A stretch of DNA of 32,276 nt, from contig NW_008246071.1 of assembly GCF_000281045.1 (NCBI RefSeq), positions 523,509 through 555,784 on the forward strand, in the 5' to 3' direction. Of the stretch, positions 1-11,958 are shown in pieces. The stretch is from Saprolegnia diclina VS20. Taxonomy: Eukaryota. Position 1 is the first letter of the stretch. The number at the start of each line of letters is the position of its first letter. Under the pieces are notes generated by a model, which was given only the letters and a program-made list of their open reading frames with translations, was not told the DNA's origin and did no database searches. The position numbers were made by a program, and so were the translations under genes.

Positions 1-457
1 CGGATGTTGGGGCCGGACTCGTCGGTGCTGGCGTCGAAGTGCACGGTGACACATGTGGCGTTGGCTGTGGCGTCGAAGTGCACGGGTTCACATAAGGTGT
101 CGGTGCGATAGTCGTCGGTGTCGGAGTAGGCTTCACGGTTGCTGTCGTCGGTGTTGGTGTCGGCACCACAGTGGCCGTCGTTGGTGTCGGTGTCGGCATC
201 ACAGTGGCCGTCGTGGGCGTCGGCGTTGGCTTTACGGNNNNNNNNNNNNNNNNNNNNNNNNNNNNNNNNNNNNNNNNNNNNNNNNNNNNNNNNNNNNNNN
301 NNNNNNNNNNNNNNNNNNNNNNNNNNNNNNNNNNNNNNNNNGGGCCAGAGGTTGTCGAGCTCGGAGCAAAGGTCGACAGTGCTGGTCCAGTGGTTTGCCC
401 CACGGCCAAGGCGACAAGAAACCCCGCAAAAAGCAGCGAATGCTTCACCACGACCAT
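1..457 (-). CDS. Secreted Pro/Thr-rich mucin-like protein, 5' part (contains an N gap and runs off the window start)
   Basis: ATG at 457 reads MVVVKHSLLFAGFLVALAVGQTTGPALSTFAPSSTTSGP, with a hydrophobic signal peptide. After the gap the frame reads VKPTPTPTTATVMPTPTPTTATVVPTPTPTTATVKPTPTPTTIAPTPYVNPCTSTPQPTPHVSPCTSTPAPTSPAPTS with no stop. Not listed in the ORF track. Confidence 0.75.
   Translation of the reverse strand, partial: MVVVKHSLLFAGFLVALAVGQTTGPALSTFAPSSTTSGXXXXXXXXXXXXXXXXXXXXXXXXXXXXXXXXXXXXVKPTPTPTTATVMPTPTPTTATVVPTPTPTTATVKPTPTPTTIAPTPYVNPCTSTPQPTPHVSPCTSTPAPTSPAPTS
106..237 (-). repeat. Coding tandem repeat, about 33-bp unit (VxPTPTPTTAT), about 4 copies visible before the gap
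   Basis: Repeated gtcggtgttggtgtcggc/acagtggcc-type units on the + strand. The adjacent gap probably hides more copies. Confidence 0.8.
238..341. other. Assembly gap (104 N)
   Basis: Run of n characters. Confidence 1.
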
Positions 458-480
458 CTTGATGTTGGTCGTCGGCTTCC

Positions 481-495
481 AAAGTGGAAATGAAG
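481..495 (-). promoter_or_regulatory. Oomycete INR+FPR-like core promoter
   Basis: Minus strand reads CTTCATTTCCACTTT, about 24 nt upstream of ATG 457. Confidence 0.55.
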
Positions 496-1070
496 TTGGC
501 GTTGTAGCCTCCTGCAAAGCTCATCTCGGCAAAGATGTTGGCGTTCGAGCATCTCGTGAACGACGCCGCTACATCTCGGCGGAAAGGGCCCCCGAGAGCT
601 AAGATTAACAAAACGTTAGCAAGGCCGGTTCGGAAACGACCGACCGCTGTGCCATGCATGACCGACTCGGTGCTAAGAGCTGTCGCAATACACAAAAGCA
701 ATGAACTCTTCGAGCCTGTCACTGGATATTTGATGGGTGAACAAAAACACGCTCGACGCATCACACGCAGACCAACGCCGCGTCAAGCCTCCAAGGGCGG
801 ACACGAGAGCAACAACTCAACTTATCCTGCGATGCGCTCGCTGTGTGCACAAAATGACGCCCAGAAGAAGCGGTGATGCAAGCGACGTGTGCTTCTCGCG
901 CCTTGATGAACGCGTATGCGCCTTTCGGTACAGCAAACAATCACCGTAGTACAGTACTTGTACACATGTATGAACGGCAACGAGAAAGTGCTATATAGAG
1001 CGCCTACTTTTACACGCATCTTATAAACGTCTATTTTGAGATCGGTTTTGGCGCCGCTGACCATAGTTTC

Positions 1071-4000
1071 ATGCTCAGCGGGCTCTTCTCGTACGGGCGC
1101 CCGGAGGACGTCGCTCCGTTCATTACGGACGACAAGGTGCGAGCTTTCTATCGACAGTATTGCATGTATGGACGCATTATCCTTAGCTCCACTTTGTCCT
1201 CTCGCGCTGGCTGCAATCGTGGCTCGGCGGTGTGTACATCCGACGTGCGCTCAGCGCGCACATCAAAGTCAACGTGCTCCAGGTGGCCGTGTTCCTCGTG
1301 CCACCGGGCCTTGGCGCCGGCCTCAGTGTCGTGGACTTCGAGCTGCACGTCAAGGCGGTCGTCTTTGGCTTCTCGGTCGTCGCCCTTGTCGTTGTCTTGC
1401 AAAGCATCGTGTTTCTGCTACGACGCAACCACTTGGCGCCGCGGCGCGGAACGCGCAAGAGCATCGACGACACCGACACGCACGTGACCAACAAGCTCTT
1501 CTCGTCGCTGCTCCTCGATATGCTTTTCCCGCCCAAGCGGCTCCTCGACGAGACGATTGGCCTCTCGCTCACCTTTTGCATGGCCGGCCTCGTCATGCAG
1601 CTCCTCTCGGACCGTGATCTTGGTGCCTACGCCAGCACCTACGCCAACTGCGACATTGTCGAAAACGTCTTGGGTTGGACCGTCTACGCCACGGCGCAAT
1701 ATCCGATGAGCGCGAGGAGCCCCGTCGACGTCAATACGTGGCGCGTCGGTGCGCCCACCGCACTCGACGACGTCCAGCGCGCGGTCTACGTCACGGGGCT
1801 TGCGGGGCTCGACTGGATCTTCAAGACGGTGGTGCCGTCTGCTCTCACGGCTCGCTTAGTCGTGCGCTACTGTCTCTTCGCGACACCGGTACTCTTGAAC
1901 TTTGGCGTACTTCCGCCGACGACAGCGCTCTTTGAGTACCTCGTGGAGCAGGCGCTTGGCATTGGATTCGGTCATGTGCCGTGCGAAGACGCATTTCTAC
2001 TGCTCATGTACGCCGTCGCCTACGCCGTGGCAACCGGGCTTATCGCAGCAAGCACCTCGGCGCCCCTACCTGTCTCGCTGGGGCTGGCGGCGGCGCTCGG
2101 GCGGTGGCTTGCCTCGAGTCGTATACGCTCGTGGAATGAGACGCTAACGCGAGAGATTCTCATGACAACGTCGACCAAAGTCGTGCCATTCTCGCCCGAC
2201 CATGAGCGAACCATGGTCTCCGAAGCCGACTTGAAGGGCTCGATGGGCGACGTTCCCGAGCTCTGGCGATATACGCTCTTCGACAGCGATCGCGTGCTCT
2301 CAGCGCTGCGATATGCTTTTGTCATGACGCTCTCTGCGGGAGCCGGCGCCGGTTTTGCGAGTATCTCCGACTCAGATCGGGACCAATGCGGCAGCTACCT
2401 CGTACGTCCTTGCTCTTTGTGGTGTATGATGCTAATGGCGACCGTATAGCTCGAGCTTTTACTCGGTCTCTGGGTGGTCGTGCAACTTCGTGTTTTGATT
2501 CCGACGTCGGCGCGAGTTCGTCGGTGGTCATGCTACATCCCAGACGGCCTTCTCAATGCCGTTGGGTGGCTTCTCGACCGCCTCTTGCGCGTGGTGTTGT
2601 TGCTGCTGCTTGGCTGTTTCTTTGCCCGAGACGCCATGTCGGCCACCTGCGCATGGACACCGTGCACCGCCGCGTACAGCTCGATTGCCATGGTGCACGC
2701 GTACACGATTTGCCAGCGCCACCCGTGCCGCGCAACCTACATTGTACAGATTCTCCTATTGTATGAGGGTGTTGTACTATCGCATTGTGCTAGATGGCGC
2801 TCGCGGGTCTTGGTGCGCTTTGTGCGAATCTGAGCTTTGCCATCGCCCTCTTTTTGGCTGCGCTCGTTCCGCCGCGCTTCTGGCATGGCCTCGAGCTCCT
2901 GCAATACATGCGCGTTGTGATTTCCAGTACAGTGTTTGAGCCCAAACAGCGTTTCGACTACTGGATCCTTGTCACGATGCTGGCAACGCCGATTTCGTTG
3001 GCCTCGTTGTTGGTCGCGACCGTCCTCGTATCCCCCCTCTTTCCTTTCTGCGGTTCGACCCTCTTTCTCGTGAGCTCTGAATCTGAATCTGAATCTGAAT
3101 CTGAATCTGAATCTGAAACGATCCTGTATGTTGTAGGCGGGATTTCCGCGGCCCCGACGCTTCTGGAGCACATACGAAACGTGGCACGACGGCGAGGACG
3201 CTTGCTACTATGAGCACTTTTTCGATGCGCTCACCCTCGAGCTGCCATCGCTCTTGGCTCCTGCGTCGGTCTTGCACCAGCGGTCGCACCAAGGCGGCCA
3301 CGACATATACCTCCTTCGCGTCGACAATTTTCTCGGCCTTCTCGAGGTGCTCGAGCTCAGCACCGACTACTGCGTCGTGCGCTTTAAGGGATTGGAGCTC
3401 CAGGAGACGACGAGCTGTCACCATCTCGAAGCGTCCAAGGTACACCATCTCCTCTCACAGTCGACACACGACACGTGTATTATTAGCTCGACGATGTCAT
3501 TGCCGACGCCTTTGACGAAGCAAACCCGAGCGAGGACGACGCACCGCACCGACTGCCGTCGCCCCGCACGTTTACCGTACGTACATTGCTCCACAACCAT
3601 TTTTGATGGTAACGATTGTAGCCACTACTGCGGACGCCGATTCGCATGTACAACATTTCCACCGTGACGCTCGTGGACTTTCTGGACGACCCGAAATGCC
3701 TCGACCTCATCCACGAGGCCTTTTACGTCACTTTGGTTTCGGAGCTCAACCGCGTGACGCACGGGTCGGTACCTGAGATTTGGCTCTCGTTTCCCGTCTC
3801 GATCTCGGGCTTGGATTTCGTGCTCAAGGAGTTTCCGACGCTCTACTGGGACTATTTGCAAAGCAAAAACAAAAAACAGCGACACTTTCAAAACCCCCGC
3901 GATATTCTCAAGGTAGACAGATTCCTCGAGTCCGGGCGTCAACACGATGGTGTAGGCCGAGGAAATACCGGTGCCAACGCCAACGCCGCCATCGCGCGAG

Positions 4001-5228
4001 CCGCGTCGGTCGTCGCTCAAGCTCGCCACCGACGCCATTTTACGCCTCGTGACGCACCTCAAGCCCGTGCGAGCGTCTGTCTCGGCCGCGCCAAAAGCGC
4101 GACCGTCGGTGAGAGCCCGCGAAGAGCGCACGGCGTCGCAGAAGGAGCGTTTGGAAATCGCGTACGGTCTCAACGACACGGAAGCCGCCAGTGTCGACTA
4201 CGAGTCACTGGCAAAGCAGCGACCGACGGTTGTGCACGGGCGTCGGTCCTTCATGTGGGGTGACATTGAGAGCCACGAGGAAGCGTCGACGCCATTTGTC
4301 AACCCCGGCGTCGCTGTCCGAGCGTCGTTTCTCAAGGACCGGTGGAACAAAGTGACGGAATTCCACCTTCTCGCGGCGTCATGTTTTGCGATTGTCGAAA
4401 CCCTTGGGTTGCCGTTTATGGCTTTGAAACTCACGAAGTTTCATGGAATCTCGTAGGTTTGGGGTCCACGAAAAGCGCGGGCCGAGCCATATTTTCGACT
4501 GCTTTCAGGGCCATTTTCCGCGGTCCCTCGAGAACGACTGGCTCCAGGCGAACACAACCTTATATGATGTTGTCGTGCGTGCGTACCGGCTTGCGGTACG
4601 TCATGCTTTGATCGCATGTCCAATGGTCTAAATCAATTCGGATAAATAGGTCAAAATGGGCCTCGACAAGTTTGCGCAAGGCGACACCGATCTGTACGAC
4701 ACGCCAGACGAACTCGAAGCCACGATCCAACACTACCAGTCCAAGTGGCACATTGGGCCGCGTCACACCGCCACGTACAGCACTGACAGCGATTTCGCTC
4801 ATTTGAAAATACTTGGATTTGGTTTAGGTGGAAATACTACATCACGACGAACCGACCGAACCTCTTTGCCCTCACCAAGAACGCCAATGGCCAGTACATG
4901 TCGAATGTCTATACCCTTGGCCGGTACGTAGTCAGAACATCTCGAGGCCGGCCAACCGTGGTTGACGTAGGCAAGACGCCACGCTGGTGGCACTCAACCG
5001 TGCGGCGTGCGAAGGCACGTGGCATGGCCTTGCCCTGGAGCTGCTCTACATGACCAACGACGACGACGAGCGCTTCTCGGTGCGACGAGCCATTGTCTCT
5101 CGAAACCTTATCGCGCTGATTAGATCCAGTCCAATGCACAGCTACTTCGCAACCTCCTCGTGCAGTCGGCGGACCCACCCTTGGGCTACCCTATCTACTG
5201 CACTGGCGCCGTCTTTATCAAGCTCTAA
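1071..5228 (+). CDS. PCNX4: Pecanex-like multi-pass membrane protein (PCNX4-like), many exons
   Basis: After splicing 1137-1186 the N-terminus reads APFITDDK-LHFVLSRWLQSWLGG. Internal motifs STLFL-AGFPRPRRFW (intron 3070-3136) and FKGLELQETTSCHHLEA. C-terminus WHGLALELLYMTNDDDERFS-IQSNAQLLRNLLVQSADPPLGYPIY, stop TAA 5226-5228, resembles the pecanex C-terminal domain. Not all internal exon boundaries were resolved. Confidence 0.85.
3076..3117 (+). repeat. (TCTGAA)7 hexanucleotide microsatellite inside pecanex intron 3070-3136
   Basis: Seven perfect TCTGAA copies between a GTGAG donor and a TTGTAG acceptor. Confidence 0.95.
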
Positions 5229-5304
5229 CACTAATCCTAAAGCTACTTTTTCGCTGCATACGACGCAGAACGAGTAATAGTTAGATATGTGATTGCGGTC
5301 CCAC

Positions 5305-6212
5305 TTAGTGCATTGCGATCGGGGCGAGCGGGAGACCGTACTCGTCGACCATTGGGTTGCGTTGCTCCTTCCGGTCCGTCGCGGTCGTCGGCGCCGCGGG
5401 CAGATCCTGCGCGAGGTACGACGGCGTCGCGTCGACGGGCGCTGCCGCTTCTTCCATCGCCCACTCGTCTTCGAGGCCTTCGAGCTCCGCCTCAAGCTCC
5501 GACTCGTCAATGTCTTGGCCAATGCTATGTGAATGCATGTGAGCTTGATGGTCGGTTGATGCGGACAACGACGTACCCATACGACCGGCCCAAGATATCT
5601 TGGATCTCGTTCATGTCTTCGAGGAGGTCAGCCATGTCGTCTTGCGTATTCTACACCGAGTCGCATGCGTGCTTACAGGTAGGACGATGCGTACCTCGAG
5701 CTCTTCAAAGTTGAATTTCTTGTGCTCGGCCTTGAGCTGCGCCGTCGCCGTCTTCATCGCCGAGACCGTATCGAGCGAGTCCTTGGCCGTCTCGATCGCA
5801 AACGTCGCCTGAAACTCGTCAGATGACGTAGCACGTGCAATGTCGTACCTGCTCAATGTTGAACGACTGCGCCGAGAGGCTGTCGCGCTGCTGCTCGTAC
5901 ATCTTCTTGCGCTTGAGCGTCTGGAGCGCGCGCTGCTTGATCGATGCGAGCGCCGGACCTCGCGCCTTGGTCATCTAGGCGCAGCGCGTGACGCAGCGAT
6001 CGCGCTTGACGCGCGTCGTACCTGCTCCTTGTACTTTTTGAGCTCTTGCTCCAGCTTGTCAATCTAGCAACGCTCAAGATGACGCGAGGCCGAGCTGCGC
6101 ATGGAGGTACCTTGGTGTCGAGGTTGTCGACGCGGCCCTCGACGCGGCCATGCACGTCGGCAATGTTGACAGCCGGCGCCTCCGGTTTCTTCTTCCCAAA
6201 GATGCGATTCAT
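5305..6212 (-). CDS. CHMP5: ESCRT-III accessory subunit CHMP5/Vps60 (Snf7 family), multi-exon
   Basis: [34 protein letters not shown](intron 6064-6110)[14 protein letters not shown], then [14 protein letters not shown] and [14 protein letters not shown], with C-terminal VDEYGLP. Confidence 0.88.
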
Positions 6213-7432
6213 TTCGTGCTTGCGGCAAACTGACGCGTCGTGGCCGGCAGACAATTGTAATACGATATTTTATTCTTTCTCCCTATCGTTTAAAGTACAT
6301 ACATATGGGTAGTTCAATGTATTATATTGCATGCGCAGGCGTGAAAGTCTAAAATAATGCAGCCAGCGTTGGACAGCACAATCACTCTGCATACAAATAG
6401 CTCGGATGCACGTCCCACGAAGACGACCATGTCCGTGTGGATGCTCCGTGGAGAAATGAACTGCAGTGGAGTAGACGTCGTCATTTCTGGTTGACATCCC
6501 TCCCCGCGGTTCCTCTCTCCAACGCCGCCAGGCTCAGGTCAATCCATTTCCACCTCTTTTCACTAGGTTAAACACATTTTACACGCTTTTATACACATAA
6601 AGCACGGATAAAACCTAAGAACAGAGTGAGAACCCTAGTGAAAGGAGCATACGTAAAGCACTGTGGCTCGCTTATGTTCCTTAGGAGATTGAGATCGCTT
6701 GCTAAGGATGCCCGAACAAAGCCCTAAGGAAATAGGACCTTGGCTTGGGGCCAATGGACATGTCCGTAATAATGTGGAAGATATTGTCACGATACGAGGA
6801 CGAGTATCAACATGACTCGATTCCGCTGCGGCTCTTCTAAAAGGAAGGCAGTTTGATGGCCAGTTTGCCGCTTGGGACGAGAATGCACTCTGCCAGCATG
6901 CAACCTCCACCGAGATCCAATGGAAGGAACGAGTGGGAGCCGATGTACAGATTCCTCGCTTCATCCTTGGGAAGTTCTGCATCGTTCGATGGTTTGGATG
7001 ATGTCCTTGTCGGCAGTTGGCTTCACCTTCAACGAGAGAAAAAGTGCACCCTAGCGTTAACCCAATTCTGCGGGCTAATCCTGTGTCGTCGTGCTTCGAC
7101 ACGGAGACCAAGTCGACGCGTTGGTGCAGCGCTTGTCCCTATGGAAGGCTCCCTGCACAGAGCGAGTCAGCAGCGTGGCACCGCTCCCATCTTATTCTTC
7201 TTGGTCGACAGCCGATACGTCCCTGTCGCGCACGTCATTCCAAGCGCAACGCTCGCTGACGTCCACTCGTTTCCCTCGCAAATACCACAACACGCACCAC
7301 AAGGCTCTACCTCCTTCACTCGCCTCCAAGTATCGAGGAACCAAGCCTCGTCCTTCGTCCTCCTACGCTCACAAGACATGGTGGCGCCATCTTGGTCACC
7401 ATGGCGTCGACCTCTCCCAGCGCTCGCGCGTT

Positions 7433-7460
7433 CCGATTGGTCGGCGCTTTCGATTGGTCG
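7433..7460. promoter_or_regulatory. Paired CCAAT boxes (ATTGG) upstream of ABCF2
   Basis: CGATTGGTCG occurs twice, about 230-255 nt upstream of ATG 7690. Confidence 0.35.
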
Positions 7461-7689
7461 AGTGGTGATATCCAATGGTCTATTTTCGCGGGTTTGTCCC
7501 AAAATCCCAAGCCATGTCGAGGCCGCGGCGCGGTCTCTTTTTTTACAGGATTTCGGCCACGTATACAAACAGCAAGGTAAATCCCATTTCGTGGTATAAA
7601 ATGACGCCGCTGAGCGTGTGGGGGAATCCACGGGCCAGTGATTTCGAGCCTACGTCAGATTCGCTTCTTCTCCATTACCCAGCAGCAAG

Positions 7690-9480
7690 ATGCCCCCGAA
7701 GAACACCCGTGGCCGTCGTGGCGCCTCCAAGGGCGGCAAGGCCGCCAAGAAGGACGAGAAGGCCGAGTTCGTCCCCGCCGAGCGCACGCTGGCCGACAAG
7801 CTCGCGGACGATGGCATCATCGCGACCTGCGCCATGAACGCCCGCTCGGTGCATGAGAACTTCAAGGACATCAACGTGCTCGACTTCTCGATCACGTACT
7901 TTGGCAAGGTGCTCATGGAGAGCTGCGACATCTCGCTCAACTACGGCCGCCGATACGCGCTCATCGGCCGCAACGGCTCCGGCAAGTCGACCTTTATGAA
8001 CGTGCTCGGCGCGCGTGGCATCCCGATCCCCGACTCGATCGATATCTACCACCTCAAGCACGAGATTGAGCCGTCCGACATGACGGCGCTCGAGGCCGTC
8101 ATCACGGTCGACGAAGAGCGTACCAAGATCCAGACCGAGGTCGACGAACTCTCGGAAAAGATGCTTGACGAGGGCCTCCCGGACGACCAGGCTGAGAAGA
8201 TCACGAACCGCCTCACCGACTTGTACGAGCGCTTGGACGAGATGGACGCCGACTCGGCCGAGATCCGCGCCCGCAACATCCTCCGCGGTCTTACGTTCTC
8301 GGACCAGATGATGCAGAAGAAGACGCGCGAGTTTTCCGGTGGGTGGCGCATGCGTATCGCACTCGCCCGTGCGCTCTTCATCCAGCCGACGCTTCTCCTC
8401 CTCGATGAGCCGACCAACCATCTCGATATGGAGGCCGTCGTGTGGCTCGAGGACTACCTCTCCAAGTGGAAGAAGATTCTGCTGCTGATTTCGCACTCGC
8501 AAGAATTCATGAACGGCGTGTGCACCAACATTATCGAGCTCACGCGCAAGAAGCTCGAGTACTACTCGGGTGACTACGACACGTACATCAAGACCAAGGA
8601 AGAGAAGGAAGAGAACCAGATGAAGAAGTACGCCTGGGAGCAGGACCAGATCAAGCACATGAAGGACTACATTGCCCGCTTCGGTCACGGTTCCGCCAAG
8701 CTCGCCCGTCAGGCGCAGTCGAAGGAGAAGACGCTCGCCAAGATGGTGCGCGAAGGCCTCACGGAGAAGGTCGTCAAGGAGATGGAAGGCGACTTCAAGT
8801 TCCCCAACCCCGAGCGCCTCCCGCCGCCGGTGCTCATGTTCCAGGAGCTTGCCTTTGGCTACCCCGACTGCCCACTCCTCTACGAGGGTGTCGAGCTCGG
8901 CTTGGACATGGACTCGCGCGTCGCCCTTGTCGGCGCCAACGGTTCGGGCAAGACGACGCTCCTCAACCTCATCACGGGCGACCTCACGCCGGTCAAGGGC
9001 AACATCCGCCCGCACTCGAAGCTCCGTGTCGCTCGCTTCACGCAGCACTTCGTCGACGTCCTCGACATGACCAAGTCGCCGCTCGAGTACTTCCGTTCGC
9101 TCTTCCCGACCAAGAGCGTCGACGACGTCCGCTCGTACCTCGGCCGCTACGGCATCACGGGCGAAGTCCAGACGCAGATCATGGGCCAGCTCAGTGACGG
9201 CCAGAAGTCGCGCGTCGTGTTTGCGTTCATTGCGCAGCAGAACGCGCACATGCTCCTCCTCGATGAGCCGACGAACCACTTGGATATGGAGTCGATCGAT
9301 GCGCTCGCGCGTGCCATCAACGCGTTCGAGGGCGGCATGCTCCTCGTGTCGCACGACATGCGTCTCATCTCGCAGGTCGCCAAGGAGATTTGGCTCGTCG
9401 AAGACAAGACTATCCGCGTCTACGAAGGCGAGATTTCCGACTTCAAGATGCGTGTCCGCAAGCAGCTCAAGCTCGACTAA
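7690..9480 (+). CDS. ABCF2: ABC-F family ATPase (ABCF2/Arb1-like), intronless, 596 aa
   Basis: Two nucleotide-binding domains: GRNGSGKS and GANGSGKT, FSGGWRMR and LSDGQKSR, LLLDEPTNHLD twice. Linker YIARFGHGSAKLARQAQSKEK. No transmembrane segments. Confidence 0.95.
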   Translation: MPPKNTRGRRGASKGGKAAKKDEKAEFVPAERTLADKLADDGIIATCAMNARSVHENFKDINVLDFSITYFGKVLMESCDISLNYGRRYALIGRNGSGKSTFMNVLGARGIPIPDSIDIYHLKHEIEPSDMTALEAVITVDEERTKIQTEVDELSEKMLDEGLPDDQAEKITNRLTDLYERLDEMDADSAEIRARNILRGLTFSDQMMQKKTREFSGGWRMRIALARALFIQPTLLLLDEPTNHLDMEAVVWLEDYLSKWKKILLLISHSQEFMNGVCTNIIELTRKKLEYYSGDYDTYIKTKEEKEENQMKKYAWEQDQIKHMKDYIARFGHGSAKLARQAQSKEKTLAKMVREGLTEKVVKEMEGDFKFPNPERLPPPVLMFQELAFGYPDCPLLYEGVELGLDMDSRVALVGANGSGKTTLLNLITGDLTPVKGNIRPHSKLRVARFTQHFVDVLDMTKSPLEYFRSLFPTKSVDDVRSYLGRYGITGEVQTQIMGQLSDGQKSRVVFAFIAQQNAHMLLLDEPTNHLDMESIDALARAINAFEGGMLLVSHDMRLISQVAKEIWLVEDKTIRVYEGEISDFKMRVRKQLKLD

Positions 9481-9569
9481 ATACTTTTTCACTCCTCTCT
9501 TCTTGAACTTAATAGACAACTCTACTACTCGTTACTTCAGACCCTTTCGTAAGGTTATCGTGGTTTGTC

Positions 9570-11600
9570 TTAGGCTTCTTCTTGGTTGTTGTCCTCGGCC
9601 AGCATCGGCGCCGCTGCCTCCTCGCTCGCCGACGCGATCACTGTGAGCTCCTTGGCATCGTCGCCTTCGTCGTCGGTCGACTCGTCGTCGTCCTCGTCCG
9701 ACGGCGCGCGCGGCGGCAAGAGCGCCGGCGCCGGTGTCGGCAGCAGCCGGACGGGACTACCGCCGGCCGAGCACGCGCTGCTGCTTCGACGCCGAAGGAA
9801 ACCAGTCTTGTACTTGTGCGACTTGTTGAGAATCACGAGCTGGTGGCGGTCCACGAGGAGGCAGCCGCACTTGGCGCGCTATAGAGCGTCGGTACCCTAC
9901 GAGCTGTATGGATCGGAGGAGTGTATACCTTGCCGAGGCCGTGGTCCTTGGAGGTCGAGAAGACCGTGATGAGCCGCGCGGCTTTGCTCAGCGCCACGCC
10001 CTGCGTGCACGCTTCGTGGGCGCGGACAACATGCGAATATTGATGGCGCGCCAAAAAGTCGTCGAGCGCCGTCGCGCCAAAGCAAATCGCACTGCCCCCC
10101 CGGGCGCTCTTGCCAAAGCCGTGCTTGTCCAAGCATACCTCCTAGCCGTTCATGAGGTTCCATTTGCGACCTGGCGACCAACTTGTACCTGGTCGAGTGC
10201 GACGGGGTCGGCCCACATGAGGTCTTCGGCCATTTGCAGCCACACGGACTTGGACTCGGCGCCTTTCCCGAGTACGTCAAACGACGCGAGACGAGGAATC
10301 TACACGAGGCGCATCAGTTGAGGAGATGGGATTTCTCATACATTTTGAATCGAGTCGACTTGCCGCTCGTTCTCAATCGGGCCTAGTCAACGCATGAGCT
10401 GTTGGTCAGCAATGCTAAGACGTACGGGGAATGCCGCCGTGGGCACAGAACACGTCGTCGTCGATGACGGCAGCGAGTGGCATGCGATCAAAGGCATTAT
10501 TGACCTATCGCAATCGTCCTAGCGCGCGTTGCTGCGCACGTGTGCACCTGGTGCCACACGATGCAGCCTTCGTCGTTCCCAAACCGCTTCTTGCATTGCG
10601 CGAGGAATGAGCCGATGCCGTAGTGCTCTTCCCAGCCGTTCACGGCGCGCGTCTCGTGGTTGCCGCGCAGCATGACGACCTTGGTCGGGTGCATGATCTG
10701 GACAAGATATGTCCACATTAGCAATGCTGCATCCGAGTGGTACCTTTTGCGCAAAGAGGTACGCGATGCACTCGAGCGACGAGAGACCGCGGTCGACATA
10801 GTCGCCGAGGAAGAGAAACGACCCGGCCGTCAAGCCCATCCCAAGGCGCCACAAGTTCTCCGAGAAGAATTTGAGGTCCGCGAGGTTGCCGTGGATGTCG
10901 CCAAACACATACACAGGACTCTAGACATCCATGGTTGTCAAGTGCGTGCGCCTCGAATTCGCATGTTCGTACTTCCATGGCCACGCAGCGCGCTTCGCTT
11001 TCAAAGATTGTTGCTACTTGCTGCGCGAGCGCGAGCAGATCCGTGCTAAACTCAAACGAGTTGAGGTATTGAATCGCCTTGAGCGGGTTGGTAAACGCCT
11101 AGAAATGGTGCCTGAGGTGCGCGCACTCGGACGCGACAGATGAACCTCGCTCACACGCGCTGCGACGCGGTTTGGAATTTGCTTGGGAATCGCCCGAAGC
11201 ACGTTGCTCGTCGCGATGCTCACGTGGCGCCCGAGACCCGCGGCGACGTGGCGCTCGCGCGGACCGTCGTCCGTCACGGAAAACATCGACGGCGCCATCG
11301 ACCGAGCCGGCTTCTTCGCCCGCCCTTGGATCGCGCTGTCGCGCTCGGTCGTGAGGGCTTGCACCTGGAGCTGCATCTCGGCCATTTGATCGCGCAAGCG
11401 CTGTCGCTGCATGAGAAGATGCGTCACAGAGGAAGGCCGACCTGGATCTCGAGAAGCTGCTGCTTGTGCACAATGTCGGCCTCCGTCTGGCGCCGAGGGC
11501 TCTGGACCGCATGGCGAAAGTGCTTGGCTCCCCGAGTGTACGCGGCCCGCGGCGACCCGACTGCGTCGACCTTGTCCTCGTACGTCGCCATCCCGTCCAT
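9570..11600 (-). CDS. PPP-family Ser/Thr phosphatase with N-terminal coiled-coil-like region and acidic tail, multi-exon
   Basis: [36 protein letters not shown] and [10 protein letters not shown] motifs. Probable start [10 protein letters not shown] at 11600; stop at 9570. Confidence 0.88.
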
Positions 11601-11958
11601 GCTCGACCTCGTGGAATGCTGTAACTAGAACTGGCTCGTAACCGCTTCGACACCAAAATCCGGAAACGCATCCGGAAGCCATCCTAGCACTTGTACGCGA
11701 ACATCGCAACACCACGTCGTCCCAGCGTCGTACCGGCCAGCCAAGACCACCAAGATTTTATATACTTGGATATTCATAGCCACTAGCATTGATCAAAGTC
11801 CTTGCGCGCCAACTCAAGTGCACTCGTGGTGCATTCGCTTGCGACAACAATGAATGCTCTCCAAGACCTTGCCCCATTCAAGTACGGTAGGAAAGTGAAA
11901 TAGTGTATAGGGCACTCGATTAAGTGCGACTCTGGTGAAACCGGTTCCAGTGTAACCG

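Noticed and set aside
2794..3213. SESESE / RFRFRF / QIQIQI peptide repeats in the ORF track
   Set aside because: These are translations of an intronic microsatellite; splicing 3070-3136 restores the pecanex motif.
6853..7599. 248-aa + strand ORF upstream of ABCF2
   Set aside because: No recognisable motif, codon usage unlike neighbouring genes, and it overlaps the ABCF2 promoter.
7675..9519. 614-aa antisense ORF opposite ABCF2, and similar ORFs opposite INO1, VPS39, the TPCs and MMAB
   Set aside because: Shadow ORFs arising from strong GC3 codon bias; no recognisable domains.
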